From Mageeibacillus sp. UBA1212 (GTDB taxonomy: Bacteria > Bacillota > Clostridia > UBA1212): a stretch of DNA of 64,000 nt. Each line of letters opens with the position of its first letter. Position 1 is the first letter of the stretch. The notes below the pieces were generated by a model that was not told the origin of the DNA, made no database searches, and saw only the letters and a program-made list of their open reading frames with translations. The stretch spans positions 72,771 to 136,770 of the forward strand of contig DBXM01000016.1 of assembly GCA_002309655.1 (NCBI GenBank). The letters are read 5' to 3'. This document shows, one piece after another, positions 55,271 to 64,000 of the stretch. A program made the position numbers and the translations under genes.

Positions 55271-56908
55271 TTAGAATTTCATGCGGTAGTCGATAACGCA
55301 CGACTTTTTGCCGTTCGCGAACGCTTCGAGCGCCTTCTTGAACTCCTCCGGACCGCAGACGGTGAAGCCTGAAAGTCCGTACGCCGCCGCTACTCTTCTG
55401 AAGTCGGGAACGGCTTTCCTCGCGTCTGTTGCGATGTACCGGCCGCCGAATTCGTTCTTCTGGATGTCGCGAACCATTCCCAGCGAAGAGTTGTTGAGCA
55501 CCACGACGAGAATTTTGATCCCGTTCTCGCGCAGCGTGGAAAGCTCCGTGAGGTCCATTCTGAAAGAGCCGTCGCCTGTAAAAAGAACCGCGCGGCACTC
55601 ATTCCCGCTCTCTCCGGAAGCCAGCGAAGCCCCGATTGCAGCCCCGAGCCCGAAGCCCATCGTCCCGAAGCCGCCGCTCGTAACAAACCTGCCCGGCTTC
55701 ACGAACGGATAGAACCTCGCCGCCGCCATCTGGTGAAGCCCCACATCCGTGACCACGAACGCGTCGCTTCCCAAAGTCTCCGCCACAGACTCGAAAACGT
55801 CCTTCTTCAGCCTGCGTCCGGTCTCGCCCACCGGGTCGCTACAAGTTCCCGCACCGCCAAGAACAGTCTCGCTTTTCTTGACCCACAAAGAGCGCCTCGT
55901 TTTAACGTGCGGCAGCAGCCTTGCGAGAATCTCCTTCGCGTCCCCTACCGCCGAAACGGTCGCCGTGACGTTCTTGTTGACCTCGGAGGCGTCGCTGTCG
56001 ATGTGGAGAATCGTTCTGCCGCCTGACAGGCTCTCGTGGGTTCTGTTGCTGAAACGCATTCCGACGCAGATTACCGTGTCGGCCTCTTTCAAAAGCTGCG
56101 CGGTAACCGGCGAACCGTACTTTCCCGCCATTCCGAACGAAAGCGGATTGCCGTCGGGAAGCGCCCCGCACGCCATCAAAGTAGTCGCAACCGGGATTTT
56201 CGCTTTTTCCGCGAGCTTCGAAAGTTCGTCCCACGCGCCTGAAATTCTGACGCCGCCGCCTGCGATAATAAAAGGCTTTTCGGCCGCGTTTATCGCCTCC
56301 GCCAGCGCTTCAATAGTCTCTTCGGAGGGATTTCCGGGTTCGGGACTGCGCATCTCGGAGCCGTCCGGGTCTTCCTGGCACCTTACCGGCTTGTAGTTCC
56401 TGCCGAAATCGTATTCAAGAATGTCCCGCGGCACGTCAACCAGCGTGGGGCCGGGCCGCCCCTTCATTGCGAGCAGAACCGCCTTTCTGACGGTGCTCTC
56501 AAGCTTTTCGGGACTTCTGACGGTCCAGTTGTACTTTGTGATCGGGAGCGTGATTCCCGCAATGTCGGCCTCCTGGAAGCTGTCCGTGCCGATCTCGTCG
56601 AGGTTCACGTTGGCGGTTATAAAAAGAACGGGCACACTGTCGGCAAAGGCGGTCGCGATGCCGGTAACGAGATTCGTCGCACCCGGGCCCGAAGTCGCAA
56701 TGCAGACTCCGAGTTTTCCCGAAGCGCGCGCGTAGCCGTCCGCCGCGTGTGCCGCCCCCTGTTCGTGGGCCGTTCTTATGTGTCTTATCTGTCTGCGGTG
56801 CCTGTAGAGGGCGTCGTAAAGAGGCATGACGGCGCTTCCGGGGTAGCCGAAACAGACTTTCACTCCGGATTCGATCAGTATTCTGACTATCAGGTCGCTG
56901 CCTCTCAT
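55271..56908 (-). CDS. ilvB: Acetolactate synthase large subunit (biosynthetic, TPP- and FAD-binding)
   Basis: It is 545 aa. The N-terminus MRGSDLIVRILIESGVKVCFGYPGSAVMPLYDAL gives the TPP-enzyme N-domain. The central FAD domain and the C-terminal TPP motif GDGSFRMDLTEL...VVVLNN are present. Confidence 0.9.
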   Translation of the reverse strand: MRGSDLIVRILIESGVKVCFGYPGSAVMPLYDALYRHRRQIRHIRTAHEQGAAHAADGYARASGKLGVCIATSGPGATNLVTGIATAFADSVPVLFITANVNLDEIGTDSFQEADIAGITLPITKYNWTVRSPEKLESTVRKAVLLAMKGRPGPTLVDVPRDILEYDFGRNYKPVRCQEDPDGSEMRSPEPGNPSEETIEALAEAINAAEKPFIIAGGGVRISGAWDELSKLAEKAKIPVATTLMACGALPDGNPLSFGMAGKYGSPVTAQLLKEADTVICVGMRFSNRTHESLSGGRTILHIDSDASEVNKNVTATVSAVGDAKEILARLLPHVKTRRSLWVKKSETVLGGAGTCSDPVGETGRRLKKDVFESVAETLGSDAFVVTDVGLHQMAAARFYPFVKPGRFVTSGGFGTMGFGLGAAIGASLASGESGNECRAVLFTGDGSFRMDLTELSTLRENGIKILVVVLNNSSLGMVRDIQKNEFGGRYIATDARKAVPDFRRVAAAYGLSGFTVCGPEEFKKALEAFANGKKSCVIDYRMKF

Positions 56909-56936
56909 TTCAGTTTTTTCCTTGTTTTAGGGCATT

Positions 56937-58046
56937 TCAGCCCTCGTTTGTATCATCTCCGGCAGAAGACGCCGGTTCGTTTTCAGGTTCGTTTTCAGGT
57001 TCGTTTTTTTGTTCGATTACGGTTTTTTTCTCTGAACTTCCCTCTTTGAGAAGCCTTCTGACTCGCCTGACCGCCCACAGCCCGCCCAGAACGACGACCG
57101 TAGCGATAAGCACGTAGATGTATACGTTTTTGACGACCGTGTAGGCTTTCAGCTTGCGGGTCTCCTTTTCGGTCAGTTCGACTTTGTAGTGAATGTCGTT
57201 GCCGGCCGCAGCCATGTCCTCGGTGTATTTAAGCTCCGCGGCAGTGAACTGCGACTCGTACTGCATCATCTTTTCGCCGGCGTCGTTGAAATAGTAGTAG
57301 ACGATCTGGAGGTAGCGCGGAAGAAGGTTCTTGTCGGCTCCCGCATAAGTTATAGAAGTCTCCGTGCCGTCTCCGGTCGCGTAAAATCTCACAATCGCGG
57401 AAATGTTCTTCCTGTACTCGCTGTAGTCGACTTTCGGGCCGGTCACGTGCAGAACGATATCCGTCTTGTTCACGAATCCGTCTGCCTCCATCGCCTTCAG
57501 ATTTTCGTTGACGGAGCCCGCGTTGTAGCGGCCCCGGGGCACCATCAGGTCTACGTTGACCGCAACAGGGGTAAACCGAACCTCCTCGGCGGCGGCGAAT
57601 TCAGTGAAGTCTTCAAGCATCTTTTCGTTGAACCGTTCGTTGATTTCCTTGTCGCACGCGTATTCCGCGTAGATTTCGTCATAGGTCACGCGGTAGTTGT
57701 ACGCCTCAAGCGTGAACGTGTCGCCCGCCTTCAGAGTGCCGTGCGAGCCGCCGGAAATGTCAGTCACCTTGTAAGTGTAACGGTAGCCCTTCACGCTCAT
57801 CTCGACGCCGAGATAGTCGCGTTTTTCGTTGAACGGAGCGGCTGAAACGGGCTTGTAACCCAGATCGGAGTAGTTTTTGCGAAGGTAGGAACTCACAAAA
57901 GGCTTGTTGAGAACAACTCCGACCGGCGTCACCGCGCCTTCAAGAAGAATGCACGCCAAAGCCGCGACCACGACAGCGTAAATGACGATAATCACCGCAA
58001 TCTGTACCTTATTCCCTGTTGAAACCTTTGAACCGGTGCCCTTCAT
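56937..58046 (-). CDS. Bitopic or double-anchored membrane protein of unknown function with acidic NEPENEPENEP C-terminal tail
   Basis: It is 369 aa. There is an N-terminal transmembrane helix (VQIAVIIVIYAVVVAALACILL) and a second helix near the C-terminus (IYVLIATVVVLGGLWAV), followed by EQKNEPENEPENEPASSAGDDTNEG. An AAGGTGG ribosome-binding site is present. It is cotranscribed upstream of ilvB (28-nt gap). Confidence 0.4.
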   Translation of the reverse strand: MKGTGSKVSTGNKVQIAVIIVIYAVVVAALACILLEGAVTPVGVVLNKPFVSSYLRKNYSDLGYKPVSAAPFNEKRDYLGVEMSVKGYRYTYKVTDISGGSHGTLKAGDTFTLEAYNYRVTYDEIYAEYACDKEINERFNEKMLEDFTEFAAAEEVRFTPVAVNVDLMVPRGRYNAGSVNENLKAMEADGFVNKTDIVLHVTGPKVDYSEYRKNISAIVRFYATGDGTETSITYAGADKNLLPRYLQIVYYYFNDAGEKMMQYESQFTAAELKYTEDMAAAGNDIHYKVELTEKETRKLKAYTVVKNVYIYVLIATVVVLGGLWAVRRVRRLLKEGSSEKKTVIEQKNEPENEPENEPASSAGDDTNEG

Positions 58047-58118
58047 AAAACCACCTTGAAAAATATATTACTGCGTCGTATTGCGGAAAAGTAAACACTT
58101 ACGACTTTAGTATACTAT

Positions 58119-58150
58119 GTCGACCCGCGTGTATCGACACGCGGGTCGAC
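58119..58150. repeat. Perfect 14-bp-arm GC-rich palindrome GTCGACCCGCGTGT-ATCG-ACACGCGGGTCGAC
   Basis: It lies 29 nt downstream of the pgk-tpiA stop and about 70 nt upstream of the next gene's start. No flanking U-tract is present on either strand. SalI-type GTCGAC sites sit at both ends. Confidence 0.7.
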
Positions 58151-58178
58151 AATCATTTAATCAGTGTTCACTAACAAA

Positions 58179-60128
58179 TCAGCTGTTGCAGATGACCGTG
58201 AAGTCCGGCACCTTCAGGCTGGCGCCGCCGACAAGACCGCCGTCGATGTCCTCCATCGCGAACAGGCCCGCTGCGTTCTTGGCGTTGCAGCTGCCGCCGT
58301 ACTGGATTGTGATCACGGAGGATACGTTCGGGCCGTAGAGCTTCTTGACGGTCTCGCGGATCGACTTGCAGACTTCCTGAGCCTGGTCGTCGGTAGCGGT
58401 AAGGCCGGTTCCGATTGCCCAGATCGGCTCGTAGGCGATGATGATGCCTGCGGCCTGGTAGTCGCGGACGCCGTTCAGAGCATACTCGACCTGGTAGGCA
58501 ACGAGCTCGTTGGTGACTCCGGCAAGTCTCTGATCCTTCGACTCGCCGACGCAGACGATCGGAGTGATGCCGAACTTGAGGGCCTGCTTGACCTTCAGGT
58601 TGACGGACTCGTCTGTCTCGTTGTAGTACTGACGTCTCTCGGAGTGGCCGATGATGACGTACTCGACGCCGAGGTCCTTGAGCATTTCAGCCGAAATTTC
58701 GCCGGTGTAGGCACCCTTGTCGTGGTAGTCCATATTCTGAGCCGCGATCTTGATGTGGGTGCCCTTTGCGGCTTCGAGCGCCGCGGGAATCGCAACGTAC
58801 GGAACCGCGCAGATAACGTCGTTCTTGCAGCCCTTTGTAGCCTCGGCGAGTTCCTTAATGAAGGCCGCCGCCTGGCTCGGAGTCTTGTTCATCTTCCAGT
58901 TGCCTGCCGCAACTATCTTTCTGTCCTTGTTTTCGAGGCAGGAGATTCCGGGAAGGTCGCGTCCTTCGAGGAATTCGAGGGAAGCGCCGCCGCCCGTGGA
59001 GATGTGGGTGATGGAATCCGCGAAGCCGAGCTGTTCGACAGCAGCCGCACTGTCTCCGCCGCCTACGATTGTTGTGGCCTCAGCCGCGGCAAGCGCCTGC
59101 GCGACAGCGATAGTTCCCTTTGCGAGGATCGGGTTCTCGAAAACGCCCATAGGTCCGTTCCATACGACCGTCTTCGCGTTTCTGATCTCTTCCGCGAAGA
59201 GCTCGCGGGTTGCGGGTCCGATGTCGCAGCCCATTCTGTCGGCGGGCATTTCGGTCGACTTGCAGACGAGCGTCTCAACCGGCGCGTCGATCGGGTTCGG
59301 GAACTCGGGAATCGTGACAGCGTCTACCGGGAGAAGCAGCTTCTTGCCGAGGGCTTCGGCTTTTTCGAGCATCTCTCTGCAGAAGTCGATTTTGGTCGGG
59401 TCGACCAGCGAGGTGCCGATGGAGTAGCCCTGCGCGTTAAGGAAGGTGTAAGCCATGCCGCCGCCGATGATGAGCGTGTCGCACTTTTCGAGAAGGCTGG
59501 AGATGACCGAGAGCTTGTCGGCAACCTTCGCGCCGCCGAGAATGGCCACGAACGGGTGCTCCGGGTTGTTGACCGCGTTTCCGAGGAAGGCGATTTCCTT
59601 CTCGATAAGGAAGCCTGAAACCGCGGGCAGATAGTCGGCGATGCCGGCCGTCGTTGCGTGAGCGCGGTGGGCTGTTCCGAACGCGTCGTTAACGTAGAGC
59701 TCGGCCATGGAAGCGAGTTCCTTCGCGAATTCGGGGTTGTTTTTCTCCTCTTCCTTGTGGAATCTCGCGTTTTCGAGCATCATGATCTCACCGGGTTTGA
59801 GGGCCGCGGCTTTCGCCTTCGCGTCAGGTCCGATAACGTCGGTAGCCTGGATAACCTCTCTGCCGAGGAGCTCTCCGAGACGCTTCGAAGCGGGTGCCAT
59901 CGAGTACTTCATGTTGAACTCGCCCTTCGGTCTGCCCAGGTGGGAGACGAGAATGACGGCCGCGTTCTTCTCGAGAAGGTACTTGATCGTGGGCACGGCG
60001 CCGACGATTCTCTTGTCGTCGGAAATGTTTCCTTCGCTGTCAAACGGGACGTTGAAGTCGACTCTGACGATCACTTTTTTGCCGGCGCAGTCGACGTCGG
60101 CAATTGTCTTTTTGCAATAATAGGCCAT
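58179..60128 (-). CDS. pgk/tpiA: Bifunctional phosphoglycerate kinase / triosephosphate isomerase fusion protein
   Basis: The ATG at 60128 has an AAAGGAGAG ribosome-binding site. The N-terminal 400 aa are PGK ([21 protein letters not shown]). The C-terminal 250 aa are TIM ([26 protein letters not shown]). The reading frame is continuous, with no internal stop. Confidence 0.85.
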   Translation of the reverse strand: MAYYCKKTIADVDCAGKKVIVRVDFNVPFDSEGNISDDKRIVGAVPTIKYLLEKNAAVILVSHLGRPKGEFNMKYSMAPASKRLGELLGREVIQATDVIGPDAKAKAAALKPGEIMMLENARFHKEEEKNNPEFAKELASMAELYVNDAFGTAHRAHATTAGIADYLPAVSGFLIEKEIAFLGNAVNNPEHPFVAILGGAKVADKLSVISSLLEKCDTLIIGGGMAYTFLNAQGYSIGTSLVDPTKIDFCREMLEKAEALGKKLLLPVDAVTIPEFPNPIDAPVETLVCKSTEMPADRMGCDIGPATRELFAEEIRNAKTVVWNGPMGVFENPILAKGTIAVAQALAAAEATTIVGGGDSAAAVEQLGFADSITHISTGGGASLEFLEGRDLPGISCLENKDRKIVAAGNWKMNKTPSQAAAFIKELAEATKGCKNDVICAVPYVAIPAALEAAKGTHIKIAAQNMDYHDKGAYTGEISAEMLKDLGVEYVIIGHSERRQYYNETDESVNLKVKQALKFGITPIVCVGESKDQRLAGVTNELVAYQVEYALNGVRDYQAAGIIIAYEPIWAIGTGLTATDDQAQEVCKSIRETVKKLYGPNVSSVITIQYGGSCNAKNAAGLFAMEDIDGGLVGGASLKVPDFTVICNS

Positions 60129-60283
60129 AATAAGGACTCTCCTTTGCATGTATTTTATACGTTTTTATATTAGCACACCGCTTCCGTGTTTTCAAGAATC
60201 AAACCTTCGGCGGCGGCACGTATTCAGAAATTATCACTGTGAACGTTTGCGTAAAAAGCATTTACTCAGCGTTCACTTTGCGT

Positions 60284-61789
60284 TCACTCCTCCAACGCGT
60301 TCAGTGCGTTCAGGTACGCGAGAATGCTCGCCTCGAAAATGTTCACGCTGACGCCGTAGCCCTTCACGGTTTTGTCGCCCACCGAGAGCTTCACGCTGAC
60401 GGCGCCCTGCGCGTCCGCTCCGCCCGTTACCGACTCGATCACATAGTCGAGAAGCTTCGCGTCCTTCTTGAGAGCGTCGTTTATCGCGTTGTAGGCGGCG
60501 TCGATCGGTCCCTCTCCGGCCGCGAAACCGTCGAGGTATGTCTCGCCCTTCCTGCATATTCTGATGTTGCAGGTGTTGCTGAGAATGTTGCCGGAGTTGA
60601 TGACGTACTTGTCGAGCCGGTAGATTTCGGGAACGCCCAGCACCTCGCTCCTGACGATCGCCTCGATGTCGCGGTCGCCGACGGTCTTTTTAGTCTCCGC
60701 CAGCAGCTTGAACTTTTCGAAAACGGTGTCGAGCTGCTCCTTGTCGAGTCCGCCGATTCCCAGCTCGGAAATGCGGTCCTCCAGAGCGTGTCTTCCGGAA
60801 TGCTTGCCGAGAATGATTCGCTCCGACGTGGCGCCCACATCCTCCGGGTGGAAAATCTCGTAGGTGCGGCGGTCCTTCATCATTCCGTGCTGGTGGATTC
60901 CCGCCTCGTGGGCGAACGCGTTCTTGCCGACCACCGCCTTGTTGGCCTGGACCTTGCAGCCTGTCAGCATCACCAGCTTGCGGCTGGCGGGAACGAGCAT
61001 CTTCGGGTTCGCGCCCGTGTCGGCATCGTAGATCTCCGGCCTCATTTTGAGCGCCATCACGACCTCCTCAACAGCCGCGTTTCCGGCCCGCTCGCCTATT
61101 CCATTCACGGTGACGTCGACTCTGTCGGCGCCGGCTTTTATCGCGGCAAGGGTGTTGGCGGTGGCGAGGCCCAAGTCGTTGTGGCAGTGAACCGACAGCT
61201 TCCATGGGTTGGCGCTTTTCAGCTCTGATTTCATGAACCTCACAAGGTCTTCGATCTCATCCGGCTGTGCGATGCCCACGGTGTCGGCCATGTTCACGAC
61301 CGAGGCGCCGTTGGAAAGCGCCGTCTGAAGCACTTTGGCGAGGAAGTTCCTGTCTGACCTGGTGGCGTCCTCCGCCGAAAATTCGATGTCCGGGCAGAGT
61401 GTCTTCGCGTAGGAGACCGTCGCGGCCACCCTTTCCACAACCTGTTCGCGGGTCATTCCGAGTTTGGTCTCGAGGTGAAGGTCCGAAGTTGCGATAAAAA
61501 TGTGAAGCAGAGGCTTTTCAGCGTTTTTGAGCGCGTTCCAGGCGATTTCCGCGTCCTTTTCGGTGCAGCGGCAAAGCGAGGCAACCGTGACGCCCTTGAG
61601 CTCGTCCGCAACCGCCTTCACGCTCGCGAAGTCGCCCTGAGAGCACGCGGCAAAGCCCGCCTCGATGACGTCGACGCCCAACTCAGCAAGGACTCTCGCC
61701 ATCGACAGCTTTTCCGTCAGATTCATCGAAAAGCCCGGCGCCTGTTCGCCGTCCCTCAGCGTGGAATCAAAAAGCTCAATTCTTCTCAT
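60284..61789 (-). CDS. leuA: 2-isopropylmalate synthase (short-form LeuA)
   Basis: The ATG at 61789 has a GGTGA ribosome-binding site. [39 protein letters not shown] and the C-terminal LeuA dimerisation domain are present. It is 501 aa. Confidence 0.85.
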   Translation of the reverse strand: MRRIELFDSTLRDGEQAPGFSMNLTEKLSMARVLAELGVDVIEAGFAACSQGDFASVKAVADELKGVTVASLCRCTEKDAEIAWNALKNAEKPLLHIFIATSDLHLETKLGMTREQVVERVAATVSYAKTLCPDIEFSAEDATRSDRNFLAKVLQTALSNGASVVNMADTVGIAQPDEIEDLVRFMKSELKSANPWKLSVHCHNDLGLATANTLAAIKAGADRVDVTVNGIGERAGNAAVEEVVMALKMRPEIYDADTGANPKMLVPASRKLVMLTGCKVQANKAVVGKNAFAHEAGIHQHGMMKDRRTYEIFHPEDVGATSERIILGKHSGRHALEDRISELGIGGLDKEQLDTVFEKFKLLAETKKTVGDRDIEAIVRSEVLGVPEIYRLDKYVINSGNILSNTCNIRICRKGETYLDGFAAGEGPIDAAYNAINDALKKDAKLLDYVIESVTGGADAQGAVSVKLSVGDKTVKGYGVSVNIFEASILAYLNALNALEE

Positions 61790-61831
61790 TTTTTCACCGC
61801 CCTTCACTTCCCAATGTGTGCGTGCGCTTCC

Positions 61832-63118
61832 TCAGAACTTGAACGCGTCGCGAAGCTCCTTAACCTCGTCGTCGGAAATTTTCACAAGCTTCCCGATGCC
61901 GCAGGTGTCCAGAATCGCCTTCGCGCTGTACTCCATAACTTCCAGCTTGTCGAACGCGTTCAGCAGGCTAGCGCCTGTCACCAGCACGCATTCGTTCTCC
62001 AGCAGAACGATCGGCGTCATGTGCGAAATCGTCTCGCTGACAAGCGCGTGGTTCATGAAGCTCACGCCGAACGGCAGCTTTTTGACGTCGCGCAGCATTA
62101 TGTACGATTCGGGAATGGTTCTCGAGTCGAACTCGGCGTCGCTGACCGCGAAGGCCATAATGTGCGGAGAGTGCGCGATAATGATCGAGTTGATCTCCGG
62201 GTGGTCGTCGTAAATGCGCTTGTGGAGCAGCACCGAACGCGAGGGCGTCTTGCCCTGCTCGCACCAGTTGCCGTGAATCTTGACGATGTCCTCGGGCTCG
62301 ATGTACTTTCTGTCCTTGTCGTAGGGCGTGATGATGAACGTGCCGTCCGAAAGCCTCTGCGAGAACGTTCCCTGTGTGCTTGTGAACAGCTGCTGCCTGT
62401 ACGCGCGGGTGATGAACTTCACCATGTCGCGGCGGGCGGCCTTCTCCTCGGAAGTGATGTTCCTGTTGACGAACTCGTCCATTCTCGCGTGCTGCTTCTC
62501 CTTCGAGAGCGCAATCTGCTCGTCGGTTAGCGCGCTGATTTTGCCGACCTTAACGGCCTCGATTTGAAGTCTCGCGCAGAAATCAAACGTCTCGAACGCC
62601 TTGAAAGCGCCGAAAATGCTTGTCGAACCGACGAAAACGCCGTGATTTTCCAGCATGACCACGTTGTGGCCCTCGCCGAACTTGGCCGCGATCTTCTTGC
62701 TGAGACCGATGCTGCCGGGAACGTCGTAGAGCGCGAAATCCACCGACCCGCAGATCTGGGCGACGTTGGGAACGAGCCTTGTCTCCGGCTTCTTCCTGAC
62801 GATGCTGAAAGCCACAAGTGCCGGCGGGTGCGCGTGCAGAACTGCTCTCAAATCCGGCCGCGTCTCGTAGATCCTCTTGTGGACCGGGAATTCACTGGAC
62901 GGCTTGTGGTTGCCGATAACGGTGCCGTCAGGCGTGACTCTGACGATGTCGTCCCTGGTGAGCGCGCCCTTGTCGACAGAACCCGGCGTAATCCAGATGT
63001 CGCCGTTGTCGTCCAGAATCGAGAGGTTGCCTCCGCTCGTTGTAGTCATACCGTAAGAATAAATTCTCTCCATCATCATGACCAGCTGGTCAGCGGGGTG
63101 AAGCATTGAAAAGTCCAT
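61832..63118 (-). CDS. Protein with two tandem class II aldolase/adducin N-terminal domains (fuculose-phosphate aldolase / ribulose-5-P 4-epimerase family)
   Basis: The ATG at 63118 has an AAGGA ribosome-binding site. It is 428 aa. Each half carries the class II aldolase pattern (GGNLSI...ITPSG; HxH Zn ligands HAHPPALV / IIAHSPHIMAF). The track's 105-aa N-terminal extension was rejected. Confidence 0.6.
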   Translation of the reverse strand: MDFSMLHPADQLVMMMERIYSYGMTTTSGGNLSILDDNGDIWITPGSVDKGALTRDDIVRVTPDGTVIGNHKPSSEFPVHKRIYETRPDLRAVLHAHPPALVAFSIVRKKPETRLVPNVAQICGSVDFALYDVPGSIGLSKKIAAKFGEGHNVVMLENHGVFVGSTSIFGAFKAFETFDFCARLQIEAVKVGKISALTDEQIALSKEKQHARMDEFVNRNITSEEKAARRDMVKFITRAYRQQLFTSTQGTFSQRLSDGTFIITPYDKDRKYIEPEDIVKIHGNWCEQGKTPSRSVLLHKRIYDDHPEINSIIIAHSPHIMAFAVSDAEFDSRTIPESYIMLRDVKKLPFGVSFMNHALVSETISHMTPIVLLENECVLVTGASLLNAFDKLEVMEYSAKAILDTCGIGKLVKISDDEVKELRDAFKF

Positions 63119-63177
63119 AGTTAAATCCTTTCGAATGTGAAATGTGGAATGAATCACGGCCGCGCCGCGATTTCCTG

Positions 63178-64000
63178 TCAGTTCGTGTCGACTCCAGCCA
63201 GCGCCGGATCGGTGGGATCGTAGCAGGCCGCCTCGGGAATTTCCGCCGGCTTCTCGGAATCGGTGCCCCTCGGGTTGCCGTCGACGATTTCGAGCGTGGT
63301 GCCTTCCGGACAGTTCGTGTAGATCCAGTAGATGTTGCCGGTCTGCATTCTGAGACAGCCGCCGGAGGAGTTCTCGCCGATCGTGTTGTAGTAGTGGGAG
63401 AGAATCGAATTCACGCGCTTCTCGGAGTAGCATGGGCCGTGCAGGAACACGCCTGAGGCGTACTGAATGCCGAACTGCGCGTGGCAGTAGGTGCTGAAGG
63501 TCTTCCAGCGCATCTTCTCGCCGAGAGTGAACGTGCCGACCGGAGTTTTGGCGGGCGTCGAACCGCTGGCGGAGTTGATCGTTCTCACCGGAACCGTGTA
63601 GTAACCGTCGGAGTCGGCGGCGTAGACCGTCATCGTGTGGGAGCCCTTCTCGAAGTAGATGTAGTACGGGAAGCCGTCCCTCACCTTTCTCGCGTCGGTT
63701 TTTTCGACCGCTTTCGAGGAGTAAATGAACCCGCGCAGGCCGTTCGGGCCGCTCAGTTTTGCGTAGCCGGTAGAACTCGCGTTGACCTTCAGTTTTCCGC
63801 CCTCGAAGGAAGCGGACATGACGCCGCGCGTGTCGATTGTCCAGCCGGAGGTGTCACCGAAATCGAACGTGTACTCCTGCCCTGGAATTACGTAGAAGTT
63901 CCTGTACGCGTCGAGGTCCAAGAACGTGTCCCTGTAGGGCGTCGGTTCGGGGTCTGGCGTGGGAGTGGGAGTTTCGGTGGGAATCTCCGTAGGCGCCGCA
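63178..64000 (-). CDS. L,D-transpeptidase (YkuD) catalytic-domain protein. Partial: the N-terminus lies beyond the window end.
   Basis: The C-terminal catalytic motif HGPCYSEKRVNSILSHYYNTIGENSSGGCLRMQ (His...Cys) is present. Upstream in frame is a Pro/Thr linker (TEIPTETPTPTPDPEPTPY). No stop codon occurs before the window edge. Confidence 0.7.
   Translation of the reverse strand, partial: AAPTEIPTETPTPTPDPEPTPYRDTFLDLDAYRNFYVIPGQEYTFDFGDTSGWTIDTRGVMSASFEGGKLKVNASSTGYAKLSGPNGLRGFIYSSKAVEKTDARKVRDGFPYYIYFEKGSHTMTVYAADSDGYYTVPVRTINSASGSTPAKTPVGTFTLGEKMRWKTFSTYCHAQFGIQYASGVFLHGPCYSEKRVNSILSHYYNTIGENSSGGCLRMQTGNIYWIYTNCPEGTTLEIVDGNPRGTDSEKPAEIPEAACYDPTDPALAGVDTN

Noticed and set aside
54594-55598. 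A 334-aa extended ORF for ilvN. Similar 5' extensions occur at 61832..63433, 6747..7631, 5012..6796, 36885..37265, 40839..42608 and 51417..52253.
   Set aside because: The internal start codons have good Shine-Dalgarno sequences and give proteins of canonical length. The extensions are Arg-rich and lack ribosome-binding sites, and some start at GTG or TTG in the track.

Overview
This 64 kb window is high-GC (about 60%) and gene-dense, and most genes lie on the minus strand. It looks like a Clostridia (Firmicutes) chromosome segment. A secreted protein with a C-terminal dockerin and strong AGGAGG-type ribosome-binding sites point to a cellulosome- or amylosome-bearing Oscillospiraceae/Ruminococcaceae-type organism. 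No CRISPR array, integrase, transposase or rRNA was seen.

I called about 50 protein genes, one tRNA-Leu(CAA) with a near-consensus promoter and terminator, several sigma-A promoters and intrinsic terminators. Several calls (DUF5107-like 28149..30173, the two GH-like lipoproteins, DUF3846, the YdbC-like protein, the DUF3737-like protein) rest on recalled family signatures and sit at 0.3-0.45 confidence. Content is mixed:
- Housekeeping: pgsA, recN, nadK, dCMP deaminase, engB, cinA, inositol monophosphatase, mgtE, comFC, a pgk-tpiA fusion, and a branched-chain amino-acid block (leuA, ilvB, ilvN, cimA-like).
- Accessory glycan-use and surface-protein genes: GH43-like, GH127-like, GH42-related and another TIM-barrel GH-like lipoprotein; an esterase; an alkaline phosphatase; and two large MucBP-repeat surface proteins.

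The findings I rank highest are:
1. A three-gene operon of TadE/Flp-pseudopilin-like proteins (33787..37148) with no pilus ATPase or secretin in the window. About 70 bp upstream of it sit nine tandem heptamers (37216..37302), each 0-2 mismatches from TTCGACA, in exact 10-bp register. TTCGACA is the reverse complement of the Spo0A 0A box TGTCGAA. This looks like a sporulation-phase (Spo0A) or other response-regulator binding array controlling an orphan pseudopilin module.
2. A xylose-isomerase-like TIM barrel / Gfo-Idh-MocA dehydrogenase / TIM barrel operon (2010..4918), typical of 3-keto-sugar pathways such as C-glycoside deglycosidase (DgpA/DgpBC-like) or levoglucosan catabolism.
3. Two tandem paralogous hexapeptide-repeat (left-handed beta-helix) proteins directly upstream of the two MucBP-repeat surface proteins.
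4. A 380-nt leader upstream of mgtE that is a candidate M-box riboswitch.
5. A perfect 14-bp-arm GC-rich palindrome with no U-tract downstream of pgk-tpiA.
6. Recurring ATTTTCC/GGAAAAT palindromic motifs in two intergenic regions.

Many long plus-strand ORFs in the six-frame track are antisense artefacts of the high GC content and were rejected.
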